DNA of 64,000 nt from Balanoglossus misakiensis (GCA_040954595.2 CM082597.2:8587778-8651777); one strand, 5' to 3'. Positions 11,726 through 25,778 are shown, numbered from the stretch's first letter. Made by a program: numbers and translations. Notes: generated by a model from the sequence alone, not told the origin.

Positions 11726-12447
11726 CTGTGTAAAACCAAACAAAAATAACAACGGATCATTTACAATGAGAAACTGTTTAAAGGTATACGGTAACCTATG
11801 GAAAATTAGCAATAGTTACCATGGTAAATTGAGAATTAGCCAATCACACATTTTCAGTGGGTGGCACACGCGCCACCATATGTTCTCAAATATGCCATTT
11901 CGCGATATTGAGAGAGGTCACTGTTTAGCGAGTATTAATTTTCGCGTTCTCTTATTTCATTCACTGCATTGTTATCTTCAAAAAAAATATGCAACTTTTT
12001 ATTTTCATGCTATTTTAGCTCTCGTGTATTTCGCGAAAATTTATTGCTCGCAAATATAAAGTGTTTTACAGTAGTATTACTAATACATATACACTGTTTT
12101 TACTCTAAAATGCTCAAAGTAGAAAAATAGGCATGAGGAAAAGAGAGACAGCAAGACAGATGTTTGAAGTCTCTTAATTTTCCAGAATTGTCCTGTTTCC
12201 TGCAGTGACTTTCCAAGGAATTTCAGAGTTTGGATTGAAAATTGATAATACTATTACTAATGTTTCAGGAGTTAACACTGTACGAACCCTGATGCGTATA
12301 TTGAAGACAGACTCTCACATTGTACAACCAAATGAACCTGGTATATGTCAGCCCTTTGAATGTGGTTACATGTTTTAAGTTGGCTAAACAATGCAGACAT
12401 CTAGGTATAAAAAGGATTAAGTTCGACCTAAAATTTGATTGACTTAC

Positions 12448-12744
12448 CTATTTTTTGTATACTTAGATCTGGTTCCTGCAAGTAAGGTAATTCTACCAGG
12501 CCTCCATTGACACTTACTGTCAAATCTGGCATTAGGTTGATCACCCAATCAACTAGTCTGATCTGAATGACTTGTGTCCAGGCAACAGCAAAGGTACTCT
12601 TGCCATCATTCTGAACTATAATCTTAAAGTTATTCTGATAACAATCTTGTGATAAGACATAGGTACATGTCCCTTGGAAGGAGAAGAATTTCCCATCATA
12701 TGTCCGGTAATGAGGATCTCCAAATACAATACACGAGGCAGATT
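12448..12744 (-). CDS. VWD N-terminal exon with GDPH motif, unit 2 (intact)
   Basis: [34 protein letters not shown]...VSVNGGLVELPY. Confidence 0.92.
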
Positions 12745-13436
12745 CTGTAAAAAGACGGAATGCAGAAAGACTTAAAGGCATACGCCCATATATGGCTGAA
12801 ATGGCGTATTTGAGCGTTCTATAGAACACATGGTGGCACTCTTTTTTACGCGTTTGCCACCCACTGAAAATCTGTGATTGGTAGCTAGTCCTCAATTTGC
12901 CATGGTAACTATTGCTGATTTTCCATAGATGACTGTATACCTTTGAGAGTGTCTACCGAAGAATGTTGCTATGATTGCAGCATTGTAACAACAGACGTCA
13001 AATGTTACCAAAAATTTGTAAACAAATGATATTCAAAGAATGCTTATTATTTATGTAACACATTCTGGACAGTTTTGAGGTCCCAGAATCACATTCTGTG
13101 TCTCTATTTGACTACTCTTTCTGATTGCTCACATTTGATGGTTTGAAGGACTTCCAAAGGCAATCTGACTGGCGTTGTTTCACATAACAATTTCTTATAT
13201 CTCTTGCATTTTGTAAACAAGTCCAAATCCTTAGACTGTTGCTCCCCTTTGAAATCTAGTTTTATCGACTTTGGTAACATTTCCTGGGTTTATGACACAT
13301 TTTGATCACATTATGTCTAAATATGGTATAGTATGCACCCAGACATAAGTGACACACGTCAGCCTCCACTATGTTTTCGTGTAAACTTGGCTGTCAGTTT
13401 TTAATAACCTCATAATATATTGATATTTAGACTCAC

Positions 13437-13488
13437 TTGGAACACATTTCTGGCAGCATTCACCATCAATATGGCCGATCTCTTCTTC
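13437..13488 (-). CDS. VWC end exon, unit 2
   Basis: EEEIGHIDGECCQKCVP. Confidence 0.8.
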
Positions 13489-14192
13489 CTGGAAACATAA
13501 ACAACAAATGAATTATTACCACAGTAAATACAAATTGTATATCCACTGAGAAGACACACAATAAAACATCTATAGCACAGTGTCTTCAAATTTATAATAT
13601 AGAGAAACCTGTCTATTAAAGACACCTTCAGGAACAGAAAGACTGTCCTTATTGCAGAGGTGTCCTTAATGACAGATTTCACTGTAATTGTATAGAAAAA
13701 ATTTGAAATGGGTAAAATGTAAGTGAATGGAACATCCCTCTTCCATAATACTGAACTTTATAAACGAATGTGCCGCTATTTAGAATTAACATATAACAAA
13801 TTTATCATTTCTGTTCAGAACAGTGATTGTGAATTGATCAATTTCTGATGGACACTTGAATGAAGTACATTTATTTCAGATGCTAAACAATTGAGAAAGT
13901 TGTTTGGTTTGTTTGGTTTGATTACTACAAAAGGGCTGTCTTGAAAATCCAAATAATGAGAACTAATACACAAGGGCTTTCTTGAAAAAAAACAAATGAT
14001 GAGAATTCTTTAATATGTTTTATGGAGTTGACCAAGAAACCTCAGTTGATACCCAAAACAAAAATATTCAGAAAACAGCACAAAGTTAGAGTTACTTGTC
14101 CTTTAAAACTATTGCTCTCAGGCCCATACAGTAAAACAAAGCAAAACTGTAGTCTGACCATACACTATTGAATTCATGACTGATAAACTTAC

Positions 14193-14291
14193 CGCTGAGC
14201 AAGTCAAAGGTTGACAGACTTCTTGAACGCAGCTCTCTTTACCATTGAAGCAATCACAGATGTCGCACCCCACATGCCAAGTTTCACCAGA
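14193..14291 (-). CDS. VWC exon, unit 2
   Basis: SGETWHVGCDICDCFNGKESCVQEVCQPLTCSA. Confidence 0.85.
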
Positions 14292-14930
14292 CTGAAAAGT
14301 GAAACTTCAAATTTTGCTGGAAACCCGGTATGCAGATCGTGTGTGTATAATTGGTCTGTCATAATTAACCCTAATGCTACTGGGTGTCATACCTGTTCAG
14401 AGTCTCAAGTCCCTTAAATAAAATATGTATTTGCCATTTTATCTTCTATAATGTATTTTGACTGTCTTGACATGGCTCTCATACGTACCTAGACACACTT
14501 GGCAGTCTGAACCTCCCAGAAAATGAACCAAATTGCACTGGTTTGTACTGTATTGGTCTGAGGGTCTTGGATAGGCCCTACTGATTAACACGCACTTGGC
14601 AGTCTAACAGGCCTGGGAGCCAGGATTCTAGGCACCTTTCAACTGACTTGGCAGCGTTAGTGTTAATTTACATTTCATTATACATTTGCTGTGCTACACT
14701 TATGACCATTCTCTTTACCTCTCTCGTATTTCCACTTGTTTTTTTGCAGAGTACTTGCATGATAATGCGTACCAAACAAATAAAAAGAGGTGTTTGCCAC
14801 TTGGTGCAAAGACTGGCATAAATTGCTGATGAGCTAACACCAATGGCACAGCTCGTCTTGCATTGTGAAGTCTCAGCAGAATCCATTTTTGCAGAAAATT
14901 TATCATATATCTTAGAAATTAAATTGTTAC

Positions 14931-15068
14931 CTGATATCTCCTGCCTTTGTACATACAATAAGATTCCACAGTACATTTTGGACAGCAACTGCCATGTGGT
15001 AAAATCTGGTTTTCTAGATCACAGTTGATTTGTTCACAATTGGGTCTTTCACAGGTTACCTCGCCATC
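14931..15068 (-). CDS. VWC/VWC exon, unit 2
   Basis: DGEVTCERPNCEQINCDLENQILPHGSCCPKCTVESYCMYKGRRYQ. Confidence 0.87.
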
Positions 15069-15693
15069 CTTAACAGAAATTCAGAAAACATTGTATGACA
15101 TAAAACAGGTCGACAGAGAGGATGAAATGTTTTCAATAATCTGTACAGTGAATATACAGGAAAAATAGCAACATTATTCAATAAGTTATACAAGTTATGT
15201 GAAAATGTTGCATCAAACTTTGATAGGGAAAATGTGCCATTCAAAGTGTTTGCTTGCAGGTACTGAACCATTTTCAGAATTTTCGATAAATTTTCAGAAT
15301 TTCTTTGAAATCTTAGGTTTTCTTCAACAGACATAAGTGTTTCCAACACCTTGATGTTTTCAAAAAGAGAAAGTATTATTTTTGAAATGTGGAATTACTG
15401 TAAAACATGTTATTTTCGTGAGCAATAAATTTTTCGCGAAATACGCGAGAACCAAAATAGCGTGAAAATAAAAAGTGGCATAAATTTTTTGCGAAGATAA
15501 TGATGCAGTGAATGAAATAAGAGAACGCGAAAATTAATACTAGCGAAACAGTGGCCTCTCTCGATATCGCGAAAATTTCAACTCGCAAAAATAAAGTGTT
15601 TTACAGTAGTTTGGAACACGGTTATAATAATAAACTACACGCAAAAAACATTAGAGGTTCACCAGAAGACGAAGTGTTAGATCAGAAACTTAC

Positions 15694-15785
15694 CAGACAT
15701 GTGCAAAGGCTGCAAGGATCAGCCAATGGAACAAACTGTTCACCAGTTTTGTAAATCTGATTCTCAAAGCTACATTCCAAAGGAC
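15694..15785 (-). CDS. VWC N-half exon, unit 2
   Basis: PLECSFENQIYKTGEQFVPLADPCSLCTCL. Confidence 0.88.
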
Positions 15786-15874
15786 CTGTAAATGGAACAT
15801 GACAACTGGTGGTATTATCTAGAGGAAGTGGAAAGTCACTGACTTCTGAAATGTTCTGAATACTAGTACTCTCT

Positions 15875-16508
15875 TAAAGGCAATAGATCGTCTCACGCGC
15901 ATGTGTGTAACTTCCCAGCAAATTTTCCGTTCGATGCATTCAAATAGTGGACTGCCTTCGCTTCCTTCCATATTTTATGCGCACCGTATAAGTAGATTCT
16001 GGTTTTGTCCCTCCTTTTTACCCAAGCTGGTGTTTTCTCACGTTCTCCGACATAGATTATGGTCGCCGCCATCTTGTCTGTTGTTAGGACAGAGCACTGC
16101 CTTAAGGGATTGACTGTTCACTAAATGTCTGTAACCAGCGGCTACAGCTGGAACATGCATGTGAGACGAGCTAGGTGCTTTAAAGGGCAGTGATCATCTT
16201 ATGCGCATGTGCCAAACCAGAGACTCTGGTTACATAAATTGTATACAGTCATTGCCGTAAGGCAGTGTGCTGTCCTGACAACAGACAAGATGGCGGCAAC
16301 CATAATCTGTGAGTGATTGGGAAAAACAGCAAATTGGATGAAAAGAAGGGACAAAACTAAAGTCTGGGTGAACATGAAATATAGAAGAAAGCGAAGGCAG
16401 TCCACTATTTGAATGTATTGAATGCAAACTTTGCACAACACTTGGATTGGATGTAATGTTTGGACACATGAAATACACACATGTGCTTAAGACGATCATT
16501 GGCCTTTT
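15875..16508. mobile_element. Two adjacent related TTAA-flanked (Kolobok-like) MITEs
   Basis: ttaaaggcaatagatcgtctcac..gtgagacgagctaggtgctttaa then ttaaagggcagtgatcatctt..; related copy at ~1300-1650. Confidence 0.6.
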
Positions 16509-16650
16509 ACAGTTGTCACTGTGAGCAATAAATTGTATCAAGGAATACATACGCTCAGTTGTATTGAAACTTTTTGTGTTGTAAAAAGTAACCACAGACA
16601 CGCATTGCATGATTGAACACCATATGTTGATGTACATAAAAAAAACTTAC

Positions 16651-16750
16651 TTGCACAGCGTGGACAGCATTCACCTGCATCACGTAGGATTCTATCTTCA
16701 TTACATTCTAACTCAGGACACAATTTGACATCACATGAAACATGACCATC
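16651..16750 (-). CDS. VWC C-half exon, unit 2
   Basis: DGHVSCDVKLCPELECNEDRILRDAGECCPRCA. Confidence 0.88.
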
Positions 16751-17116
16751 CTGACAGAAAATACACACACAGACAATAAGACAACAACTCATATGGTTAT
16801 CAATTGATCATACACTTGTTAAAATTCACACACAAACATATTTATCAACATCAGTAAAAATTGAACAATGAATGCTGGACCGGTTTTACAATTCACCACT
16901 TTTGATTGCGATTGACACTTTTTTAAATCAAAGTATTTTATTTTCTTTGCAACAGCTTTGTGGATGTCTAACTGCAGGGAGATCTAACTTCAACCCTTAC
17001 GCCAACATGGTTGGTCCAAATCCATTGTTTTCTATGGTAAAGTTGGACTTCCAAACAGGGAAATGGGGTTAAAGGTTAAAATACATGTAAGACTTGCATC
17101 TGGGTTATTCACTTAC

Positions 17117-17217
17117 CATACATATACATGATGTACAAGGATTGAGTTTAAATTCTGTGCCATTCTGATATACAATGCCTGTTGTATTATTCTCACAAAC
17201 TCTTTCCAAAGGCTCTC
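17117..17217 (-). CDS. VWC N-half exon, unit 2
   Basis: VCENNTTGIVYQNGTEFKLNPCTSCICM. Confidence 0.85.
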
Positions 17218-17620
17218 CTATATAGGATAAAGAAGACATTATACGACACACATATTCACAAGTGAGCATGATTGATGTGAGGTCACATGAGTCTCAAAGC
17301 CAATCAGAGTGTACAACTTTCAGACCATTCATCTCATGGTTCATTTCCAGGAAATGCAAGTTTTTTTCAATAGTTTTCCAGGGCTTTCAGTAAAAAAAAT
17401 TCAATTTTCTGAATTTTTTTCATTAGTTTTCTATGACTTTTGAAGCCAACAACTGACATTTCCTGAGAGTGATTATGCAGATGACATATCAAAAACATCA
17501 ACAATATTGTAGGACTTTCAGAAATGAATTTCATTTTTATATTTCTGTCTCTTCAACAAGTGTATAAACTTTGTCAATATTGTCAGAATTTTTTTTACAC
17601 AGAGTTTAAAAAACACTGAC

Positions 17621-17708
17621 CTGTACATGTTGGGCAACATGCAGAGTTTTCTACTGTGACTCTCTCTGGAGGACAATTCAGTGTTGGTAGACACAGCAAT
17701 ATTCCTTC
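17621..17708 (-). CDS. VWC C-half exon, unit 2
   Basis: EGILLCLPTLNCPPERVTVENSACCPTCT. Confidence 0.78.
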
Positions 17709-18574
17709 CTGTAAACACAAGTTATATGATTCAATCTGGTGTATGTGCACCGTAATGGTCGCCTTAAATAGGTTCCACTTTGCGCTAGGGGGTCAAATCA
17801 CATTGCATTCTGGGGCAAAAGTCGACAACCCACTGTAGTAAAAGATAGAAGAAATGATATTTTTACTGTATTTCATGACTTTCTCTGGTCAAACATGTCT
17901 GTCTTTGTAGTTACCATATTAAACTCATTAAACTTTTTTCACATTTTGTTATTTTTTCTGTTACAAAGTTTCGAAATGACCCACCAACACTTTAGCTTAT
18001 GAACTCCCATTTTTTAAACATGGCAAAAAACGGCCATCTTGAATTGCGTCGACCATTTGAGATTTTCACCACTCACTTAGGTAGCTTAAAACCTATTTAT
18101 CATACACTGGCATCATGTTCCTATTTAACTTCATGCAAAAGAGAGCCCTCACATCCATGCATTTTTTATGTATCATACACGGCCTGGCTGCCCAATTAAG
18201 ATCACTGCCATGCATTTCTGAACTGTTTTTGTTCTTGTGGTACACACTTTGCTATGAGATTTTAACCTGTTTTTTTTTAGTGCTTTGATCGTAGCACAGA
18301 GTAAAAAGCTCTCAAGAAATTCATTGTCTCTTCAAAGCTGATACAATTATTTTACATCTTTATATCCTTTTTGTTCATGATGAATTTCTGTCTATGGTTA
18401 ATGGAACAAAAATTGTCATTTGTTGAATATAAATTAGTTGTTGTTTCATTTGTGGTTTAATGCTCTGTTTCCTTGACAACACAAATTAAAGTTGTCATTA
18501 TAAATATTGTATACACATGTTGGTTGTAATTGGAGAATAAGACAAGAATTCGCACATTAAGATGTCCACCTTAC

Positions 18575-18748
18575 CGAACACTGGCATTCCAAACATTGGT
18601 CGTCATCTGGTTTAAAAATAGCACTTTCCTTATAAGTGACACCTCTGAATTCACAACCAATACATGCTTGACAACACTGGTTTGGTACTCGCACTGGGTT
18701 CTCACACGGTGCTGGACATGTGACAGTTGTACAGGAGATGTCTTGGTC
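18575..18748 (-). CDS. VWC/VWC exon, unit 2
   Basis: ISCTTVTCPAPCENP..QCCQACIGCEFRGVTY..CLECQCS. Confidence 0.88.
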
Positions 18749-19683
18749 CTGTCAACACAAGAAACAAAAACGTCCAAGTTACAAACAAGAGAAGTAGTGT
18801 AAAACACTTTATTTTCGCGAGTTGAAATTTTCGCGATATTGAAAGCTGCCACTGTTTTGCGAGTATTAATTTTCACGTTCTCTTATTTATATTCACTCCA
18901 TTGTTATCTTCAAAAAATATTTACGCTACTTTTTATTTTCACGTTATTTTGGCTCTCGCGTATTCCGCGAAAATGTATTGCTCGCGAAAATAAAGTGTTT
19001 TGCAGTATGTAAAGTACACTAGCTACACAAGATAGCATAATCTTGTTAGATAACAAGATTAAAAATTATTATATAAATAGCCAAAAGTACAGATCTAGAA
19101 ATCTAATTACTGAGATATATGACAAGAAGCAAAGATCCACAAAAAATGAAAGCTCATCAGAACAGCAGAATGTGACACTGTACACTGTGTTGCTGCACAA
19201 AAAAAGTCTTGGCATGTACACACTGCATGTGCTTATAACAATCAAAGCCAAAAGTGCTCTGCATGTGCTTATAACAATCAAAGCCAAAAGTGCTCTAACA
19301 CAAGATATATTATTCATTAAAGGGACAAAGTCTCTCTTCTTCCCCATTTTTAATTAATTATGTTTGATACAAGACACCGTTTATGTTATTCTACATGTGG
19401 ATTTATAGGGAATCGACGTTCAACCACACACTACTTCCATCCCACTTGTAAACAATAGGGGAAAATCTCGCCAAAATGAATAATCAGTCTCTACCATTTA
19501 TTCATTTTGGGCGAGTTTTTATTTTCATATCATACAAGCGGGATGGAAGTTGTGTGTGGTTGAACGTTCATTCACTACATGTACATATACACATGTACAT
19601 TAACATAACCAGTGTCTTATATCAGATATAATTAATTGGAAAGGGGCAGCGTCCCTTTAAACCCACCAATCAAAGTAACTTAC

Positions 19684-19769
19684 ATCACATATACATGTTG
19701 TACAGGGATCATCTTGAAGAGTCCACATGTCACCATGGTGATACGTTGTGCCATCAATGACCCGACAGT
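19684..19769 (-). CDS. VWC N-half exon, unit 2
   Basis: CRVIDGTTYHHGDMWTLQDDPCTTCICD. Confidence 0.88.
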
Positions 19770-20135
19770 CTAAACAAAGAGACAAAGAAGACACTTTATA
19801 CAGTGCTATGTCGCTCTGGTTGAAGACATGATGATATGGCCAACAGGAATACCAGTATCTGGGTGTTCAAATTATATAGAATTCTTCTGTTTTGCGGTAT
19901 TAAAATTGTTTTTTATATTTTGTCATTTTTCTGATCAATATACTGGTATTGTGTAAAATTCGATTGATTGATTGGTGTGTGCTTTGTTCACAGCCTGAGC
20001 ACTTACTCAGCAATTGATAACCCATACAGGAAAGATCACAACAAGTGATGACACATTGAGGAGAGATCACAACAAGTGATGACTCATAGAGGAGGAAGCA
20101 CAGCATGTGATGACTCATCTAACCTGTCCACTTAC

Positions 20136-20228
20136 CTAGACATTTAGGACAGCACTGCCCTGGTACACATGCAAAATTAAAGATGTTGTGGCTTCACACA
20201 CTGTTAAATTACAAGTCAAAGTACCATC
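20136..20228 (-). pseudogene. VWC C-half exon, unit 2, frameshifted
   Basis: DGTLTCNLTVC then VPGQCCPKCL in another frame; 93 nt where 3n+1 is needed. Confidence 0.78.
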
Positions 20229-20950
20229 CTGTAAATACAAATTATTTAATGGGTTATTATTATAGAAATTATGGACGACCATTGACCCTGACCCTGACCA
20301 TTGATACTTTTAATAGTGAAGGAATGTATGTGTGCACCAATGTTCATGATGCATGTAGACTAGACAATGTTTCTCCTACGTGTATTAGTGGAACATTTTT
20401 GTTTGGGTTATAAGGTCTCTGTACGTATGATTTTTAGTTTGTATGCATTTTTCCATAGCTTATGCGTACAGTGTAGGTAACTCGAAAAAAAAAAAAAAAA
20501 CCTTAAGTCTTGGCATGAACACACGGCGTGTGCTTATAACCCTCAAAGCCAAAAGTGCTTTAACACAAGATGTATTCTTCATTAAAAGGACAAAGTCTCT
20601 CTCTCGCAGCCCTTTATCCATTAATTATGTTTGATACAAGACACCGTTTATGTTATTGTAAATGTGGATATATAATGAATCAAAGTTCAACCACCCACAA
20701 TTTCTATCCCGTTTGTAGACACGAGAGTGAAAAATCGCCGAAATAAATAATTGGTCTCTACCATTTATCCATTTTGGGCGAGTTTTTACTCTCATATCCT
20801 ACAAACGGGACGGAAGTTGTGTGTGGTTGAAAGTTGATTCACTGCATGTATATATCCACATGTAGAATAACATAAACAATGTCTTGTATCAAACATAATT
20901 AATGGAAAGGGGCAGCTAGAGAGAGACTTTGTGCAGTGATGAGAACTTAC

Positions 20951-21127
20951 CAGACACAGGCAGGATCTACACACATCACCAAGAGGGTTGAAGCGATCAC
21001 CATCGTCATACAAGATATTATTGTATTCACACAGACTACAGTCTGGACAGCAATCAGAAGCTGTGTACAGTCCATGCTCACATGTTACTGGGCACTCTAA
21101 TTCTGTACAGGTAATCTTGGAATCAGG
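20951..21127 (-). CDS. VWC/VWC exon, unit 2
   Basis: KITCTELECPVTC..DCCPDCSLCEYNNILYDDGDRF..CRSCLCL. Confidence 0.88.
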
Positions 21128-21854
21128 CTGAAAGAGGAACGACAACAATCAGGTTCATACTATAAAACACTTTACTTTCACGAGTTGAAATTTTCACGAT
21201 ATCGAGAGAGGCCACTGTTTCGCGAGTATTAATTTTCACATTCTCTTATTTCATTCACTGCATCGTTATCTTCAAGAAAATGTTATGCGACTTTTTATTT
21301 TCACACCATTTTGGCTCTCGTGTATTTCGCAAAAATTTATTGCTCGCAAAAAAAAGTATTTTACAGTATCAGTTAGCCATACCGTCTTTTCCAAAACATG
21401 GTGATGTACAGATTTTTAATCAAATTCTATTTTGGTTTCGTTAAATGTCGTTAAAATAATGTTATGTAGTAGTCGTGTATTTTGCTGCCTTCATGGCAAG
21501 TCGACTGAGATCAAATCATCTGGAAAACAGGAAAACAATGGCTCTGTTTCTGGGACTGTCTGTAGCACTTTGGCTGAAGTAGGAGCTTATTTATTTATGT
21601 TTACTTTTACAGTGGATTATATTTACTGACAAGTTTAGTTACAGAAATAAATGTGTTTTTAATTTGACAACTATTGTTATTTTCACTGTCACCCAACCTC
21701 GGTTTGGTTTGATTTGAAGCATCACAGTAATGAAATAATGGGAATGATTCAACAATTAAATTTCAACGGGTTGGCCAGGGGTTTTGGCAAAACTAAAAAA
21801 AATATTTTTTTTACCAGACTTTGAACTTCTGACATGATCTATAAGTTGACATAC

Positions 21855-21943
21855 CTGACATGTACATTGCAGACACAGGTCAAATTCTGTACACATTTGT
21901 CCAGGTTGATACTCTGTACCATCCCCTGCCACACATACTGGAT
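21855..21943 (-). CDS. VWC N-half exon, unit 2
   Basis: PVCVAGDGTEYQPGQMCTEFDLCLQCTCQ. Confidence 0.82.
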
Positions 21944-22532
21944 CTACCAATAAAGTTCAAATACACATTGTTGAGATGGAAATTGTTACATTCCCATGCA
22001 GTCCACTGAAGGGGTCCAGTGTGTAACCCATTGCATGGATTGGTTACGCAAAGTGCCCTCATGTGACAAACTTCAGTCTAGATTAGTTTTTCCTTCGTTG
22101 AACTTGAAGATAACTTTAAAGAGACAAAAAGTTTCTCTCTCGCTGCCCTTTTACCATTAATAATGTTTGACACAAGACACGGTTTATGTTATTCTACATG
22201 TGGATAGATATAACTTTATTTATTTATAAAAATTAATAAAAAATAAATAAATAAATAAACTTCCATTCCATATGTAGCATATGAGAATAAAAATCTCGCC
22301 AAAATGAATAAATGGTAAACACCGATTATTCATGTTGGCGAGTTTTTTCACTCTTGTCTACAAGTAGAATGGAAGTTGTGTGTGGTCGAATGTTGATTCA
22401 CAATACACGTATATCCACATGTAGAATAACATAACAGTTTCTTGTCCCTTGAAGAACAGAAAATTATTTAATCTCAGAAAATTCTGATACATAACACTTG
22501 ACTTTAAGATCTTGTATCTGATATTTCCTTAC

Positions 22533-22632
22533 TTTCTTGACACACTGGACAGCAACTATCCTCTACAAGGATGGGGTTGTCACATTCCAGTATTGGGCAA
22601 ATTTCCATGTTACCACATTTTACATTCGCCAA
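22533..22632 (-). CDS. VWC C-half exon, unit 2
   Basis: LANVKCGNMEICPILECDNPILVEDSCCPVCQE. Confidence 0.85.
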
Positions 22633-23092
22633 CTATGCAGACATGGAGAGACATCAGTTTAGTGTGGAAGAGATAGCATGGGTGCATGGGGGTGGGGAGG
22701 TGGACTAGGCAAGGTGGAACTGAGAGGGGGCAGAGGGTGAGGGTGTCATGGGCAGTTCAATAACAGTAACATATGATCTGTCAAATTATAAATGGAATAA
22801 GAAAGTTATTTTGTTCAGAAGGGACTTTACCTTCTGTTGGTATAACAACAATTCAAAGAAAATTAATCACAAATATTACATTGGAATTATTTACTTTCAT
22901 TTATTGCTTGAGCAAATAAGTAGACGTGACATAGCCTACACTGTAGCCTGGCCAATCCATGTCTTTGTCAGAAACACTTTCGCTGATGTCATACTCAGGT
23001 TTTTTACGTGTAACCAATGATATCTATGACTTTTATTATTTGGGAAATTTTCTCAGATTAAAACACTCGATAAAATTATTATATTAACTTAC

Positions 23093-23166
23093 TGTACAAA
23101 GACAAGTTATGCAGCCATCTTTGATTGTGTTCATATTCTGTATATACTGACCATCATACAGACAAT
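23093..23166 (-). CDS. VWC N-half exon, unit 2 (copy of 293-366)
   Basis: CLYDGQYIQNMNTIKDGCITCLCT. Confidence 0.8.
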
Positions 23167-23422
23167 CTGCAAAGAATTAATAACATCACATTATGAGTAA
23201 AAAAACCATTCTGGTCAATCAGACTTCAGTCAAGGAGAGTATTATTAAAACAAAAGTTATTTATAACCATTTGCCCAGTGAATGTTTTCAAGAGGTTTGA
23301 GAAAATGCTATGCAGCCATGCACTGTTTTCTATATCCACTAGATATGTTCAACTCAGCTGTAATTCATTACAGCCCTAGTATTGCTCGTGTTTATCCATT
23401 TTTCATCATCGAAAATTGCCTG

Positions 23423-23581
23423 TGGATGATAAAATGCGCCCTCTTTTGGTGAACTCTGCCTACCACCTGACCTTCTACCTAGCTATACTTGACTAGTAAG
23501 GCAAGTAGGCAAGTAGGCGGTCAGCTGGAGGGGTCAGGCGGTAGGCAGAGTTCACCAAAAGGGGGCGCATTTTATCATCCA
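23423..23581. mobile_element. Hairpin MITE at deletion breakpoint
   Basis: ~50-bp arms TGGATGATAAAATGCGCC..GGCGCATTTTATCATCCA. Confidence 0.75.
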
Positions 23582-23897
23582 TTGTTTATAATGTGTAGTG
23601 TATGAGCAGAGAAGCCTCAGTGTTCCGGTTAGAACCGTATCGATAAGACAAAGACAGAAGAGTTGACCGACAACAAATTTATTCAGTTTATATCATATAA
23701 TTCTTACTTAAACGTTCCCTGAATAAATCCCTGTGATTTAAGTATACATATCATTCCATGGTAGCATGAGTTTCTGCTTTACTACAAATTCATTCTCCCA
23801 ATCCTGACTAGATTTGAGATGCAGATCATCCTTATGTAAATGAATGCTTCATCAATAAACTTGATGACACAAAAGATCTAACTACATGTTCGGTTAC

Positions 23898-24071
23898 CTT
23901 GACAACTATGACAGCAATGTCCAGGGTTGGGCAATGGATGTGTGCATTCATGTTTACATATCTGTTTGACACAAGTTACAATTCCTTCACTACAGGTACA
24001 GATTTCACATTCATCAACAGGACTGGTCCATGTAGAATTGTGGTGATATTCTATATTGTTGAATACACAAC
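23898..24071 (-). CDS. Whole-VWC exon, unit 2
   Basis: CVFNNIEYHHNSTW..CEICTCSEGIVTC..CCHSCQ; phase 1-1. Confidence 0.9.
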
Positions 24072-24568
24072 CTATAGCACAAAAAGATTCGTTTGGAATC
24101 AATTATTCTTTGGAAATAATTACCAAGAGCTTTATAATTTTGATTAAAACCCTATCACTACTGGGCGTCATACCCGTTTAGAGTGTCAAGGCCCTTAAAA
24201 TATATATGTGCCCTTTTTCTTCTTAAAGGTATTTTGACTGTCTTGGCATGGCTCTCTAACGTACTTAAACACACTTGGCAGTCTGAGCCCCCTGTAAAAT
24301 GTATCAAATCGCACTGGTTTGCACTGTATTGGTCTGAGGATCTTGTATAGGCCGTACTGAGTAACACACACTTGGCAGTCTAACAGGTCTGGATGCCAAG
24401 ATTCTAGGCACCCTGGTAATCAAACCAGATTTAACCGACATGCCAGTGTTAGCGTTAGAGTGGAAAGTTGCCCAAAATTGCAACCATCATTATCTTCATA
24501 CGACCAATCCTCTGAAATCAATAGGGCTGTATATCACGGAGAAGTATCTGATGGCTTCAATTACTAAC

Positions 24569-24656
24569 CTTTACAATGTGGACAGCATTCACCCACAATT
24601 TGTTCTGTATATTGGCATGGCAATACAGGGAACTGAGTACATGTGATAACATTATT
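24569..24656 (-). CDS. VWC C-half exon, unit 2
   Basis: NNVITCTQFPVLPCQYTEQIVGECCPHCK. Confidence 0.8.
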
Positions 24657-25237
24657 CTGAAATATAACATGACAATTATGGAGAACAAATGAAGTCATTG
24701 TGAATAACAATGCATAATGGGATGCAGGTCTAATGTGTCTAAATAATTGATCCAGAAATCAATAAAAGACAATTTCACAGTTTTATATGTATAACTTCAT
24801 GAATAATATTTTAAAGCACATTATATTTTTCAATACGATACATAATAAAACCTTTATAGCTGAGATGCATTGTGGAACCTTTGGTAACACAGCAGAAAGG
24901 CGCTCATACAAGGGTAAAACTCTTCTCCTATACAACCTTTGGTCTCAAGTCAGTTCAGATCAACTACACAATATGTGAGCATATGATATACTGTAAAACA
25001 CTTTATTTTCGCGAGTTGAAATCTTCGAGATATCGAGAAAGGCCACTGTTTTCAGAGTTTTAATTTTTATGTTCTCTTATTTCATTCACTGCATGGTTAT
25101 CTTCAAAAACAATTTTCGCGACTTTTTACTTTCACGCTATTTTGGCTCTCGCGTATTTCGCAAAAATTTATTGCTCGTGAAAATAATGTGTTTTACAGTA
25201 TACACAATGTGTATGAGTAACATCAATTGCTCCTTAC

Positions 25238-25318
25238 CTGACATGTACAATTATACACTCATCAAAATCCATGTATCACCAGATGAATATGTAAAATCAT
25301 GTGGTTGAAAATAACACC
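25238..25318 (-). pseudogene. VWC N-half exon, unit 2, two 1-bp deletions
   Basis: 81 nt vs intact 83-nt copy at 6223-6305. Confidence 0.8.
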
Positions 25319-25643
25319 CTGTAACAAACGAATTCAAACTTTCATTATAGTCCAGTAATCTTTATGATGACTTTGAGTATAGTCCTATTGTAAGGTTATT
25401 TCATTGTCATTGTAGAAATGACTGTATCAACTGAGCAATATGCTTCAGTATTTGTCCTCGACGTTGCGTATCTCAGACAATACCTCCACTGCACTGTACG
25501 ATGTACTCGGACAAAAATCCTGGTACTTTATGAATAACCTTATATTATTTAGGACCATTTATTTCATTTGAATCAAACAGAGTCTAAACATAGCCATACA
25601 ATATTAAGCATACATGTACATAAATGCCAAATTACATCAATAC

Positions 25644-25778
25644 CTTCTATTGGTTGACATGTTATTCCATCTGTCCTCAACACGAAGCCATCCAGACATC
25701 GACACATAAATGAACCTCTTGAATTAATGCATTCTTGCTCACACACCTGTAAACCTTCTATATCACATTCATTGATGT
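25644..25778 (-). CDS. Calcium-binding EGF exon, unit 2 (intact)
   Basis: DINECDIEGLQVCEQECINSRGSFMCRCLDGFVLRTDGITCQ. Confidence 0.9.

Larger units (their letters stand above)
4915..15636. repeat. Segmental duplication copy A
   Basis: Near-identical exon and intron sequence to 23735-34711; homology resumes at ~225-630 vs ~23022-23423. Confidence 0.95.
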
